Positions 36,093-48,949 of a DNA stretch of 64,000 nucleotides are shown one piece after another. The notes under the pieces are model-generated. The model was not told where the DNA came from. It searched no databases and saw only the letters and a program-made list of their open reading frames with translations. The position numbers were made by a program, and so were the translations under genes. The stretch is taken from the NCBI GenBank assembly GCA_002633005.1, contig NMRA01000583.1:77994-141993 (forward strand), given 5' to 3'. Source of the DNA: Phoronis australis (Eukaryota; Animalia; Phoronida). Each line of letters starts with the position of its first letter. The first letter of the stretch is position 1.

Positions 36093-39046
36093 TATATAAC
36101 ACTGAGGCAAAATACTTGTTTCAGGTACTTTCAACCAAATAGTAGACAGAAATGTGAGGATGTTGACGTCTTTGTTTTGCGATAAGTGAAGCGTTGGAAC
36201 CCTTTTCAGCAAGATTCCTTTAGGAGAAGCCCAAATATCCTTCGTAGGGAATTTTCTACTAAGCTCATAGCTGCAATCTGTTTGACACGTTTACTAAGCA
36301 GTGACCATTTTTAGTGACGCCAACAATTGGTAGCCACCATTTCGAAATCAATAATTTTAGTATTCGTGGTGTTGATTCTCAATTTCCACAATATAACTGT
36401 TGTTGTGTAATCTGTCCTGGTAATGGAATCGCGGTTTGTGCAAGCATTACCGAATCATACGAGAACACTGAGAAATACATCAGTCTTACGGTAACAGGTG
36501 CGCTCTCATTTTGTCGAGTTTCTTGTTCATGCACGGTCATCTAGTTTATGAAAAAGATAACCGTTGATACCCTTGTCTGACCGTTCCCAAGTGTGGCAAA
36601 AACGGGCGTCACAACTGCTACGTTATAAAATAGCTTGATAACGAGCCAGTCAGCAAAAACACAAACTCGATTATCGAACATAATGCCTTTCAGCGTTAAG
36701 TGCGTTGTTTTTGGGTTAGTACATTCACCAGAACTAAGTGGAATTGGCGGATGAGCGTGTACACTGGTTGCCCTGAAGCAACTTGATCCGCGTAACAACG
36801 TATCATATCTTTAATTTTAATAAGTTGTTTTAAGGAAAATTGCCCCAGCGCAAGTCTGTGGACGTTAACCTGCAGACTATTGTCCAGTTAGACGTTTTGG
36901 CCCCAGGCACAACTGACACGGAGCAAACTGATCGGTGTCAAGCGTCCGTTTACACACATAACTCACTAACTGTGGCAAGAAGGAAATTGTAGGCTGGAGA
37001 GTGGATCACACATGCGCAGGTTTGCAAATGGCGTGAGTTGAAGAGACAGAGAACCATTACGTACACAAGCGCAGTAGAGATGATCCTTTCCGCCTTGCCC
37101 CAGTTTGGCGTTTAAACACAATTGACACGGAGCAAGATGTTCTAGCGCAAATCGCTCTACCTCACAAACGGGTGGCAAAAGTTGTCACCGTGGCGGTGTC
37201 AATTTACTCCCTTTCGTCCTGTTTACACACATATTTTCCGCGCTGGAACAACTCGATCCGTGTCAGCTCAGTGCCTCCGTGTCAACTTTTGTTTGGTAAA
37301 CGGCGGCACTTATGCAGACAAGGCGAAAGTATAACTAGAGGTATGGGCTTACTCTCAGCTGGGCCGGGTTGCGCCACATTTGTCGCATGGTGTAGGGTGC
37401 ATAGTGAGGACGCTCCGCTAAACTGGGGCACATACAGCTCTAGAACAAGTCAAAAGATAACTCGTTGAGTCGACGTGACTAAAATCTACAGCTATCATAA
37501 CACGATGAGTCGAAATCTGTGCCGATGCATGTACCCGACCAAGTATGCGACCTCTAGCCATATATACCAGTGTTCATAACTATTTGGTCGTAAATATTGG
37601 GAAAGCGCGGGATCATTTGTTCAGAATACCATGATTCTCAGAGCATACGCACGCTCTTTCTGACGCCACAATGTGACCCCTAACGCAGGATTTAACTCAT
37701 TAAAAAATAACGAGGTCCAAATTTGCTGTCAAAACACGTGTTACACGTGATGCATATTTTAAAGTGTTCGTTTTGTGTTAACTTTAAACGCTGCGAGAGA
37801 ATTCATGATTCGAATTAAACTAAATAAATGTCACCGAATAAGAGCATTTCAGTCCTCATGATTGGCATGTGCGAGCCTCTCTCTCGACCAGACACGATAA
37901 TCAATTGAAAATATTTTGCTTTGCATTTAAGACTCTATGGCAGGGAATAACATATACATTTATTTCTGTGATAAGTGTGTCGAATATTTATCTAGGAAAC
38001 CTTGTCCCTTTCCTGCTCACACAGGGACGAATTTACGCAACAATGGGGGTTACATCATACCGACCCAAGTTGTTTATTCAGGCATTAAAAGGGTCCCTTG
38101 AGATCAAAAGCAGCTGCTTCAAGGGTCGCGCTCGAGAGAGCGAGGTATGCCCGTTATAAACATTGTGAATAGAAGAAGCTATTAATTTCTTTACAGCTAC
38201 TCTAATTTGTAGCTGTTTTGGCCGCTGTTGAGAAGTTTAGTATCGGCAAATTAATCCCTCATTCGCCTCGAGTGACTTTAAAATATATCGCCACATAAAA
38301 GACAACTTACTAAAGGTTTTTGAAAATCGATTAATTTAAATGACTCGGCCTTATCAAAACATTGAATAAACACTGGTAGCGGACGTGGCTCTTTCGTTAA
38401 TGTTTACTCTAGGCATATACTAGGCAACAACGTCGGCAAAGGTACGTCACGGCTTTATTTGGCGATGAGAGGCTATTTTGTAACGAACAATTCTTCTATG
38501 TAGAGGGTACAAAACACTCTTTTGTCGGGGAAGGTTAAAATTGTCGCTTATTTCCTCGGGTGAATAGCAAGTGGCTATCGGGACTATCACGATGGGTTAA
38601 CGTTAAGGGTAATTATCAAGAATTGCACAGCGTGATTTCGAGCGACGACAAATATTAACTCTTGTAACCGTGTACATAGTAACATCGACGAAGTGTTTTA
38701 TTATTCATGGTTTTACCAGGTCTACTCAGTCAGCCGAGATCAAGGACTACTGTACGTGAGCTGCGTAGCACGAACTACGGTAAATAGTTTCCCATAATCC
38801 TAGTTGCGACTGTGTTTATCAACGAATTCATGCAAACTGAACGGGCATCAACTTTGTCGGACGAGGATTAGTGTTGTAGTTGATAGTTACTACGTTAGTG
38901 TCACGATTCTTTGGATACATAATCCGAGACCTAGACCTCACGACTCAGTGTGTCAGTCAGGACATTGTGCATTACGTTCAGGAGGGATATGCACTGAGTT
39001 ACGGAAAGAACAGGGAATTTTGTCAGTTCAGTCGCATTTGACGAGC

Positions 39047-40432
39047 ATGGATCTGCGAGGTCGTGAGAAAGTTCTGTCGCTTCACGGTGCAATTTTAGGC
39101 GGATTCTTTCAGCAGGTGAGATTTCTCATTGAGCTCGGCACGGATGTTGACTCGCGTGATCAAAAGGGCAGAACATGTCTGATGTTGTGCAGTTTGATCG
39201 AGGACGAAAGTTGGGGTGTAGGGTTGGCGATGATGTTCATTGAAAAAGGAGCCAAAACATATCTGCGAGACAAAGCGGGTATGAATGCATTTCATTACGC
39301 GTGCTTATATCAGAGGCCCGATGTAATTAACACGCTGTTGTCGGCGGCAGATTTTGACTTGGCCCAGCCGGACAAATTTGGCAACACGGGACTGCATTAT
39401 CTGGTCTCAATGAACGATGTAGAATTGACTAAAACAGTCATCAACGCGTTTAACAAATACAGAATAAGCGTCGATAAACCTAACGTGAATGGTATAACGC
39501 CATTGATTCAAGCCTGGATGTCTGACAGTTTTGAATGTGCCCGACTCTTGATATCTCTTGGCCATGCCGACCAAGACAGGACAGACACGGTTTATGGTAA
39601 ATCAGCTCGTGAGTGGGAACTGGAAGCCTTAAGGAGAATCCAGAACATAGAGGAGACACGGGCTAGAGAGGCCCGTCAAACGGTGCATCAGAGATTAGTC
39701 AGAATATCGTCTGCACCCACGAGGCGGCGCACAAAATCTAACTTAGAAAACAAAATACTACAAGCTAAAATTCCTACAAAGCAAGACTGTCTTATACGAA
39801 GTGCAAGTGTTAGTGACATACGAAACAATCCGCAATATGTATTCAAGGTTTCACCGTCTGATTTTTTTGAAAAACAAAGTATTAGTTTCCACGTGGCGAG
39901 ATCTAGTCAGCGACCAAAGTCAAGCGATTATCAACGAATACTTGACCGAAGAAACCAAAACAAAAGCTGGAGGCCCGAATTTAAATTTCTTTTCCACGAA
40001 TTCGAGTATCAATGTTCACCCGCTTACGTAGAAAGTGCTAAACCAGCCCCGCCAGAGATCGCAGTGAGTGACATCACTCCGACACCGTCCGAATATGGCG
40101 GTGATAATGAACGATCTCTGTCTCGTGTCAAAGAACATCACAAGGAAAAGCCATCTCGAAAAATAAGCTCGTCACGAGAGCCTGGAAAACTGGGAAGGAG
40201 TGCCACGAAAAATGATGTTTTTAAGTCAACGAGAAGGCTCAGTATCTCGCCGTCCGCGACACCGTCCGGTCTAGAACCTGTCGTTAAAGCGGTTGCAAAG
40301 AAAAAGTCTAAAAACAGCACCTCCTCAGAAGGCGGCAGAGACGACGGCTTGGAGGACGATATGATCGAAACAAACGAACCGAAAGGCTTACCACCTCGAC
40401 CAGTCAGCCGAGTTGCAATGCATAAAAGCTAG
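39047..40432 (+). CDS. Ankyrin-repeat protein with an intronless CDS (ANKRD63/ANKRD34-like architecture), 461 aa
   Basis: First in-frame ATG is at 39047 (the track start at 38804 is TTG). About five ANK repeats: VDSRDQKGRTCLML, RDKAGMNAFHYAC, PDKFGNTGLHY, VDKPNVNGITPLIQA. Then a long K/R/S-rich low-complexity tail. Possible 5' UTR acceptor ttttaccag at 38719. Confidence 0.9.
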   Translation: MDLRGREKVLSLHGAILGGFFQQVRFLIELGTDVDSRDQKGRTCLMLCSLIEDESWGVGLAMMFIEKGAKTYLRDKAGMNAFHYACLYQRPDVINTLLSAADFDLAQPDKFGNTGLHYLVSMNDVELTKTVINAFNKYRISVDKPNVNGITPLIQAWMSDSFECARLLISLGHADQDRTDTVYGKSAREWELEALRRIQNIEETRAREARQTVHQRLVRISSAPTRRRTKSNLENKILQAKIPTKQDCLIRSASVSDIRNNPQYVFKVSPSDFFEKQSISFHVARSSQRPKSSDYQRILDRRNQNKSWRPEFKFLFHEFEYQCSPAYVESAKPAPPEIAVSDITPTPSEYGGDNERSLSRVKEHHKEKPSRKISSSREPGKLGRSATKNDVFKSTRRLSISPSATPSGLEPVVKAVAKKKSKNSTSSEGGRDDGLEDDMIETNEPKGLPPRPVSRVAMHKS

Positions 40433-43144
40433 CAGACGGCTTGATTTTGAAATAGTGTGGCACATTGGAAGTTAACGACCACGGCAAATTTTCTCATTAT
40501 AACATTGACTGTACGGTTTTAGTGATTGTACGAAATGTCATCATTTTCTAACTTATTCACTGGTTCACAACTTGTTTAATACGTACATAGTCTTTTTGCA
40601 AGGTTTTACATTGGTCTGATTTCTGCAGTACACATTATACTGCATACGAAGTTTCTACACTAGGAATACATTTTTGTTGCTCTGAGTATTTTACTTGTAG
40701 ATTTTTTTTTGGAAAACGACCACATGCAGCCTTCAAATTCATTGCCTGTAAACAGCCGTAACATAATGAACAGAGAACAACGTGGCGAAAGAGACTTTTT
40801 TCAGGCCATTTTACTACAACTCGTCCAACTCTGATACTTGCTTGATGAAATTCCTTCCTACATACTTGACGTAACAGAATACTACATCAATCTGTAACCG
40901 ACGCTCACCGAACAAAATTCTAGTCTTTGACAAGCACGATGCGATTGCTATGATTCTATGAAATAACCGAGTTAATGTCCCTAGGCGTTAGACTAGCGGT
41001 ATAACGGGATTGTTTAATTAAAATTGCGTTCCACACTACAAAATAAGAGTATGCGACGCAACTACATCGAGGTTGAACAAAATGCCCTTCTGGGCACATC
41101 TTCATTAAAACTCACGGCTGGATCATCCGTTTGGCTGCGTTTCGTGATTTCTCGTTTTCCATGAGTTATATTTTTCACAAACCGCGCCGGGACTTTGATT
41201 GTCGCCAAGCATAATGGAATGCCTGACTCTGGGTACACCTCGAACAGTGAGGAAATTTTGGTCATCTTACGACATTAAATTTTAGCCCTTTTCATTATCC
41301 ACTAGGGGAAACTTTGAAAACGGAACTCTTCCTTACCGATACACGTCCCGTTCTTATGTATCCAATGAAAACGGCAGTCCTAACGCAACTTTTCGAAAGC
41401 ATTTTGTCAATTGGAATGTTTAAACGCCCTCGCCTCTATAATGACGCTTACGATAAAAACGAAACAGTTCAAGAACGTCGACGTCAGGATTTTAAATGAA
41501 GGCCCATTAAATTGTCTACTAACCGTTTTCAATCGTATGGCGTTTTCACGCTATTGGAAAAACAAAACGAAAAGGCTACCAGCTGACGGAAAACTCCATG
41601 ACTAAAAACAATCTAAAGAAAAAGGTTCGTTTTTAACTGAAAACGCTATAGTACGATCAGAATGTGAAGACAGGCCTGTAGGAAAACAAAAAAATATATA
41701 TTTTGGTAACACTTTAGTTCAATAGTATACAGAAGATGACATACATGAACAGCCCATAAATCGACTTGACATTATATCTGAGCAACAGATAAACGTTACG
41801 GAATTAATGCAAACTATGCCTGGATACATACATGCATAGACAACACGTGTACGCACGCCACATGTATTTACATACTCAGATATATAATCTGATACTATTC
41901 ATGATAGTGTGGTATGAATTGCAGTTAAAATGCACTTTGGTATAGAGATAACCTAGTGTGGAAAACGTCGACAACTTGAATAAGAGTAATTGGCGTGCGT
42001 CAGTCGACAAGTCATGACAACCAAATTTTAGGAAGTTATATTTATCAATCTGCCTTGGAATTCTACAATGCCGTCGACAGCTTCTCGATCGCGCAAATTA
42101 CTTTTTACAGTGGGCTAGAAATAGGCGAAGTCCAGTTTTGACAGATGCACAAAGGGGAGATATATTTGGAAAATTGTGCTTGATTTTATCACATTTTAGC
42201 AGCATTTCTGGTCTTAATCTGTTCAGTCATATTTCCTTTGTACCAGGATATATGACGAGTTAGATGTATGATATTATTCTGTTCCTAAAAGTATTGACGA
42301 AAATTAGACTTCAATGATGAAATCGAATTTATTTACTATTTAAGTCTGTCGGAAGGGTGTTCGGTGAAATTAGAGTGGATTTACGTATGGTTCGACCATA
42401 AGACAGTGGAACCGAGAAAGATATGGTGGAACGTAGACGTAGTCTTGTACAGTGCCGGTGATAACTGTCGAAAAAATAGTGGATGTATGATTCACTTATA
42501 GTTTAGAACTTTATATGTGTAAACTACTGAATGAAATTTTTTCCGCAGTGACAGTTCGGTCTAATTGTCTGGAACATTTTATGACATTAGAATGATTATT
42601 ACAGCCTGATATTGTAATCTGTCCGATTGCCTGAGGGAGGGGTCCGAATAAACTCTGTTTCACAATAATCTACCACATCAAGTCCCCAGATAGTCTCCCT
42701 TGTCGGATCGTCCCTATCTTCCTATATCGCCACCTTTTCATCACCGTGCACTCGCCTACTCCCCGTCGTCGGCAATTTCTCTCCAGTCTCATAGACTTGT
42801 GTAAGCTTTTCAGTTTGAGGTACAAACTAATTACTATATAGATTTGCACAGCAGCCTTTTTTAAAGTTGCGCTAAATGTCAATTTTGCGCTTAATTAGTT
42901 CAGATAGGTAACGCGTCTTGTGGACTTTGCTGTTGGGAATCCAATGTTTTGCATTTTGCAAAAGTTCATTGGTAATACAAAAAAAATATGCAATTGTTTA
43001 TGTAACCCCAAAAAACCCCCAGAGGGCGTGCCCATCTGCATACTAATTCAGCGGAGTGAATATTGTACTTATACAGACAAATACAAAAACACTTAAAATA
43101 CTTCATTAAATAGATTCTGTTGACCCGTAGAGTTCATGTAAGCC

Positions 43145-43656
43145 AAAATTTCGACTATCATTGCCAAAAATTTGAAGATACCAATTTTCAGTGTGGTATG
43201 TTATATAAAATCGCTTGTTTTAACTGTACGAAAACATTCATTGGAAAAACGGACCACAGTTTTACATACTGAAGAACCTAGTGTTACCGATCATGTGTAA
43301 GTTAACAACCACGTAACAGCCTGGGATAACATCAACATTAGAGACTCAGAGACTAATGTTAAGAAACGTGCACTAAAAGAAACGATTACCATCAGAAAAA
43401 CTGCGCCCAGTATGAACTGCGACGGTGGAAATTTTACACTGTGTCACTTCTACGATAGACTCCTAGCGATAGATATTGGTACTACACAAACTCGCCAAAG
43501 ACGATACTGCAGAGACCTATCGTCTTTGCATACGGTCTCTTGTCCTCACCGCAACATGACGCGCCATCAGTCGAATTTATTGTAATCAGGCGAAATCAGA
43601 TTCGGCGAAACTGTCAAAGTACCTTCAAAATTTTTGGCCGTGATAGTAGAAAATTA
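43145..43656 (+). mobile_element. Penelope-like retroelement relic (GIY-YIG C-terminus with inverted terminal copy)
   Basis: 43283-43465 translates VTDHV*VNNHVTAWDNINIRDSETNVKKRALKETITIRKTAPSMNCDGG...FYDRLL; 43147-43182 is a diverged inverted copy of about 43618-43655. Confidence 0.7.
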
Positions 43657-44149
43657 TTAGTTACTTAAAATACTTGTGTTAACTCATGTACACACACCTG
43701 AATCACAACTTGCTTCCCAATTCACTGAAACAACGATTTCTTACAAAATTACCTTATGCCATGATTGTTAAAAAATCACCTAAACATTTCAATCAATTTC
43801 CTTGGGCTTTACCTACATACTCAATTAACTTAAAAAACAATGAACCCTTGCAGATTGCTATAAGTTCGTCTTGTCTATGTTTAGCCGTCACATGTGAATG
43901 TATGTCACAACTTAATAGAAACCACCCAAAACAGTTATGTAACACCAGTGTATAGAGAGAGCAATTAAGTGAAACAGAAATTGTCTTAATTCTGGAATAA
44001 GGAGTTGTTTTTTTAAAACCAGAAAAACAACAAAAAGATATGTTCTCATTTAAAAACATTTACTGCTTTCATATTTTATCACTGGGATCATTTATTGATG
44101 TAACATCCTGTTTAGAGTTAAGTTTCACCGAACTCCTTAAAACCAGTTC

Positions 44150-45580
44150 CAGTGGGTCTAAGACCACGGTTCAGGCCTTTGTAGCTACTGCAAAAATAAA
44201 GAAAATGGAGTGGGTCGGGTTTGGAGGCAGTTTTGCGGACAAAGTGGTGAGTGGTTGTCACGAATGGTATTCAGTCGTTCCTTACAATATAACATGTTTA
44301 CATACCATTTCTTTCTATCTTGAGGAATAAATGTTCGGTTTAAATTGAAGTGCAATAAATCCAGAGATTGGTGCCACAGTGCTCTGTGAGTATCCTCATG
44401 CTTGGAAATGGCAGTCTGGCAGGTTCGCTCTGGTGGCTGTGGTCTGGGGAGCAAAGAGAACGACACTCAGACCAACTTTTCTGGTAACCACTTAAAACTG
44501 TCTTCAATACCTACTACGTAATCCACTGTATCAAAATTGGTCACTGCCAGACAATTTCAGTGGTGGGGAGTATCAGCCAGACGGTTATAAACAAGGTTAA
44601 AAAATTGAGCTAGATCAATCCAAGAGGTAACCGCATGAAACTAGTCGCAAAATATTCAGCCTTGTAGAAAGTCTCGATCTGTCATAGGTTCTGTCAGGAA
44701 CAGTTCAGTTTTTTCAACAAAGCGGGCTTTTCGGTTTTGACGAGCGCTCCATCGCAGTGAGCAAGTGATAATGATTAGGTGTAACTGGATGTGAGTGAGA
44801 AGTTTTCGAAGGTCAAAGTCTGTCCTCTCTGCTGCTACAGCTACGATTATGCGAATGAAAAAATCTCTGAGACTCTCTGCGGTTGTCTTGTTTCTCTGTG
44901 GGGCCGATGTCTTGGTTTTCTTCTTCACGCTATCAGCAGCGAAATTTTGAACAGCTGTACGTTTCACTGGACACAAAAAACATATTGCTGTCGTTCTCCC
45001 ATCCATTTTGGGATTTTTCTCTCGCATCATGGCCTCAGACTAGCGCGTTAATTAGGTAATCTTCCGTTGCTTGGGATGCTGCTTGGCCAGTTGCGATATT
45101 TACCAGACCAGGTAAACAGATTGCTCAAATTGTTGATTTTCACACTGAGTGATGCCATTTGTTCCTTATCTTTTGTGATTCTTGATGGACTGCACCGACT
45201 CTGCATTCTCCCCGATTTCAAGTCTTCCAAATGTTCTATGTTCAGTTACAGCCATTGCGCTTTATGTCATAGAGAGGGACCATCGACGCATTGTGGAAAG
45301 CCAGTATCCGCCTCATGCTAGATGCTGCGTCTCGGTGAACGGGCTGTTCCAAAGAGAGGTCAACAGCCGATCTACTGAAGTTATTCCTCGTACGTAGGCC
45401 AACGTAGCACAGAAAACGCCCCGTTTTCCATTTCTTCACGTAATATTGGGTCTGCAAATTTCAACTTTTGGTAAAACAATGTTCCCGATTTGGCGTAGTT
45501 TGAGCTGCCCAGGGCAAAGAATACATGTTGATGCAAGCACTTACGCAAAGTCTGCAGTTTATGAGAAAGATGTAGATTGC
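44150..45580 (-). mobile_element. Degraded DNA transposase, Academ-like
   Basis: Frameshifted fragments FFALGSSNYAKSG, EEMENGAFSV, NFSRSAVDLSLEQPVHRDAAS and FLCPVKRTAVQNFA...LRDFFIRIIVAVAAERTDFDLRKLL resemble Academ transposases; many stops. Confidence 0.55.
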
Positions 45581-46526
45581 TCAAAACTGAGCAGTTTTGC
45601 CAAATTTGCCATTACTGTGTGAAAGAAATCTTCATACTTCTGGAGATGCTGAGTGATCACAGGATCATCAATGTTTGCTTCTAATTATTCTGGATCTGAA
45701 GGGACTGCTGTCATCACGGTTTGGAGTCAATGGCTTTACTGAAAATCGAAGGTCCTGCCTCCTCAATTTTTTGCTTATTCAGCGTAAGTGGGCTTATAAC
45801 TGAATTTTGTTTCGATTCTTTGTAACTTGTCTGGCGGGTTCACCTCACCGCTGAAATTGTCTGGCGTCTTACTGTTGTGCCATGTGCAGTGATGCTGAAC
45901 ATCGTGCAATTAGTTTCATACTGGTACCTAGTGGTTTGATCTAGCTCAGCTCAGGTATCTGGGCGTGTCTTGCGGGACTAACCCACCACCAGACTTGTCT
46001 GACGGAGTCTATTCCTCAGTGATACCTGGGCTTACGGTGAACACTTTGCAACTGGTTTTATGCAATTACCTCATGGGGTGACCGAGCTCAATTTTTAACC
46101 CTTTTTGATAATCGTCTGGCAGAGGCATCCCACAGTACTGAAACTGTCTGGCATCTAACTGTTGTGCAATGGCAGTGATGCCGAACATCGTGGCGACTTC
46201 GTGGCGACTAGAGATTTTTCCAGATCGCCAAAAACAACCCGAGGTCTCAAAGGCGACGACCTGCAGGTCGCCAAATCAAGCGCTGTATTTATTGTGAGGC
46301 AACTGTGGCCCGTTCTCACCATTGGATAAACCGTCACCTTTTTGAAGACTCGATACGTTTTCCGCTTTTCTCGGCTTCAGCAAATCGACTTAATTTGATT
46401 TTAGAAACACGAAATCTTCACTGAAACTTTCCAATTTTAATATTTATTTGTCAGTCTCAAACACACTGTTGTGACTTTTCGAAAGTCCTAGTTTTATTGA
46501 ACAGTGCCACAGACGAATACGACCAC

Positions 46527-48317
46527 TTTCTTTTGCAAGAAAATGCCTCACGTTTTGCTAATTTGGTTCCCAACAGCGTTTTTTGAGAGGTATGGGCAAG
46601 GTTTCATTAAAATCGACTGAAGGGTATTTGTGCTATGACCTTACCTTTGTTAAAATAGAATTTGAATAAAAACTAGTGGCCACGTTATAGTAACAATGAC
46701 AAGCACGCATAAAGTATATTTTTATAATTCTTGCCGAGATTGGTACGACACGCGGCTTGACTCAAAACCCTGCTGTCTGATGGTTCGGTAGTTGACCCAA
46801 TTATGTTGCACACCCAGTAGAATTAATGTGGAAACATTAAACAAACGTTTTATGTTGTACAAGTTGCATTTCTTGTCCAATTTTTGAAATTCTAAAACCT
46901 AATCAAGTGCGCTTTTGACGAAGTATTCAAAAAATTGCTATTTTTCAAACTTTCAAAACGAAAATTTAAAAATACTTTTGTCACCCCCAATGATGGTCTC
47001 ACTAATTAGAGAACGAGAACATCAAAAGCCTGATGCGAGTTAATTAACCACAAAAGCATGGTTTCATTAGTCGAAACCGGCAGATTATGTGGTTCGCAAA
47101 CCGGTCGAGTTGTCCAATCTCGACCGTTTAGGATGGCAACGTCGGATTCTTTTCATGTCTTATTGTTATTCGTTCAAAAAATAAATGCTGTTTGACACAG
47201 CCCATTTTTTTGTCAAATTGACTATGAATTACCGTTCACCAATAAGGTCTTGCGTAACCGTAAGACTTAACCGTAACAATTTAGGGACAAGTGTGTCTAC
47301 ATCTTTAGTTTAGTGACAGAAAACTAAACTCGTTTTAAAGGCGAAGACAACCTTTTTCCATGTCATTTTGAGCTAAAATAAGGTTGGTTGGTTATCCTAG
47401 ACATATTTTTCACTTAATTACAGCTTTTCGTAATTTTATTAATTATTCGTCCGCTTTTCCGGAAGTGACGTTTTAGGAGGCAAGCGCTTCCCGCCAATTT
47501 CTTTTNTTCTTTTGCAAGAAAATGCCTCACGTTTTGCTAATTTGGTTCCCAACAGCGTTTTTTGAGAGGTATGGGCAAGGTTTCATTAAAATCGACTGAA
47601 GGGTATTTGTGCTATGACCTTACCTTTGTTAAAATGAAATTTGAATTAAAACTAGTGGCCACGTTATAGTAACAATGACAAGCACGCATAAAGTATATTT
47701 TTATAACTCTTGCCAAGATTGGTACGACACGCGGCTTGCCTCAAAACCCTGCTGTCTGATGGTTCGGTAATTGACCCAATTATGTTGTACACCCAGTAGA
47801 ATTAATGTGAAAGCAATAAACAAAGGTTTTATGTTGTAAAAGTCGCATTTCTTGTCCAATTTTCGAAATTCTAAAACCTAATCAAGTGTGCTTTTGACGA
47901 ATTATTCAAAAATGCTATTTTTCAAACTTTCAAAACGAAAATTTAAAAAATACTTTTGTCACCCCCAATGATGGTCTCATTAATTAGAGAACGAGAACAT
48001 CAAAAGCCTGATGCGAGTTAATTAACCACAAAAGCATGGTGTCTTTGATCGAAACCGGCAGATTATGTGGTTCGCAAACCGGTCGAGTTATCCAATCTCG
48101 ACCGTTTAGGGTTGCAACGTCGGATTCTTTTCATGTCCTATTGTTATTCGTTCAAAAAATATATGCTGTTTGACACAACCCAGTTTTTCGTCAAGTTGAC
48201 TATGAATTACCGTTTACCAATAAAGTCTTGCGTAACCGTAAGATTTAACCGTAACATTTTAGGGACAAGTGTGTCTACATCTTTAGTTTAGTGACAGAAA
48301 ACTAAACTCGTTTTAAG
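46527..48317. repeat. Near-identical tandem duplication of about 810 bp straddling the N at 47506
   Basis: 46527-47338 vs 47507-48317; scattered substitutions only. Confidence 0.9.
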
Positions 48318-48949
48318 AGCTTCAAAAATGCGCAGTGTATGTGCAGTGTTTTGTCGTACAAAGTACACGTACGCCTTCACCTAGTAGAGCATCGTATATT
48401 GACAAAATATATGATATTTATTATGACAACTTCTTCGTTTTGTGGATTCTCTTGCGAACACATTGAGATTGCGACGGTGTGTCCTCCCGAATTTTGCAAC
48501 GTTTGTTCTTGTCAGAAGTTGACTGTTGGTTTAGTTTAAAAGGTAGCTATGCTTTGTGATTGTACGTGGATGGAGATAGAATGATTAATTCCACTAACTA
48601 ATTTATTATACAATGACCACTATTAATACAAGTGAAACCTATTTTTAATTAAGTAGACTAACAATGAAGAAGAGTAACCACACTAACGCCCCCTGCTGTA
48701 AGGATAACTTCAATCAATTACCCATAAACACTCGAACGTCTTATCTGCTATCCAAGTTGTAGGACTCGACATTTGTTGGATGATAGCCCTGTAGGAAGAA
48801 CCTCGTACTGAACACACAATGTACTGCGACAGAGTACTTGCTGGTCACTACAATTCTTTATAAAGCTTGAGGGAAATGCTGAGGAAACTTTAATTATTCT
48901 AACTCAAAAAAGCTTTCGACACTCCAGTCTTTGCGCCAGTTGGCGTGAC

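Noticed and set aside
38804-39046. N-terminal extension of the 542-aa ORF in the track
   Set aside because: Starts at TTG; ankyrin similarity begins just after the ATG at 39047.
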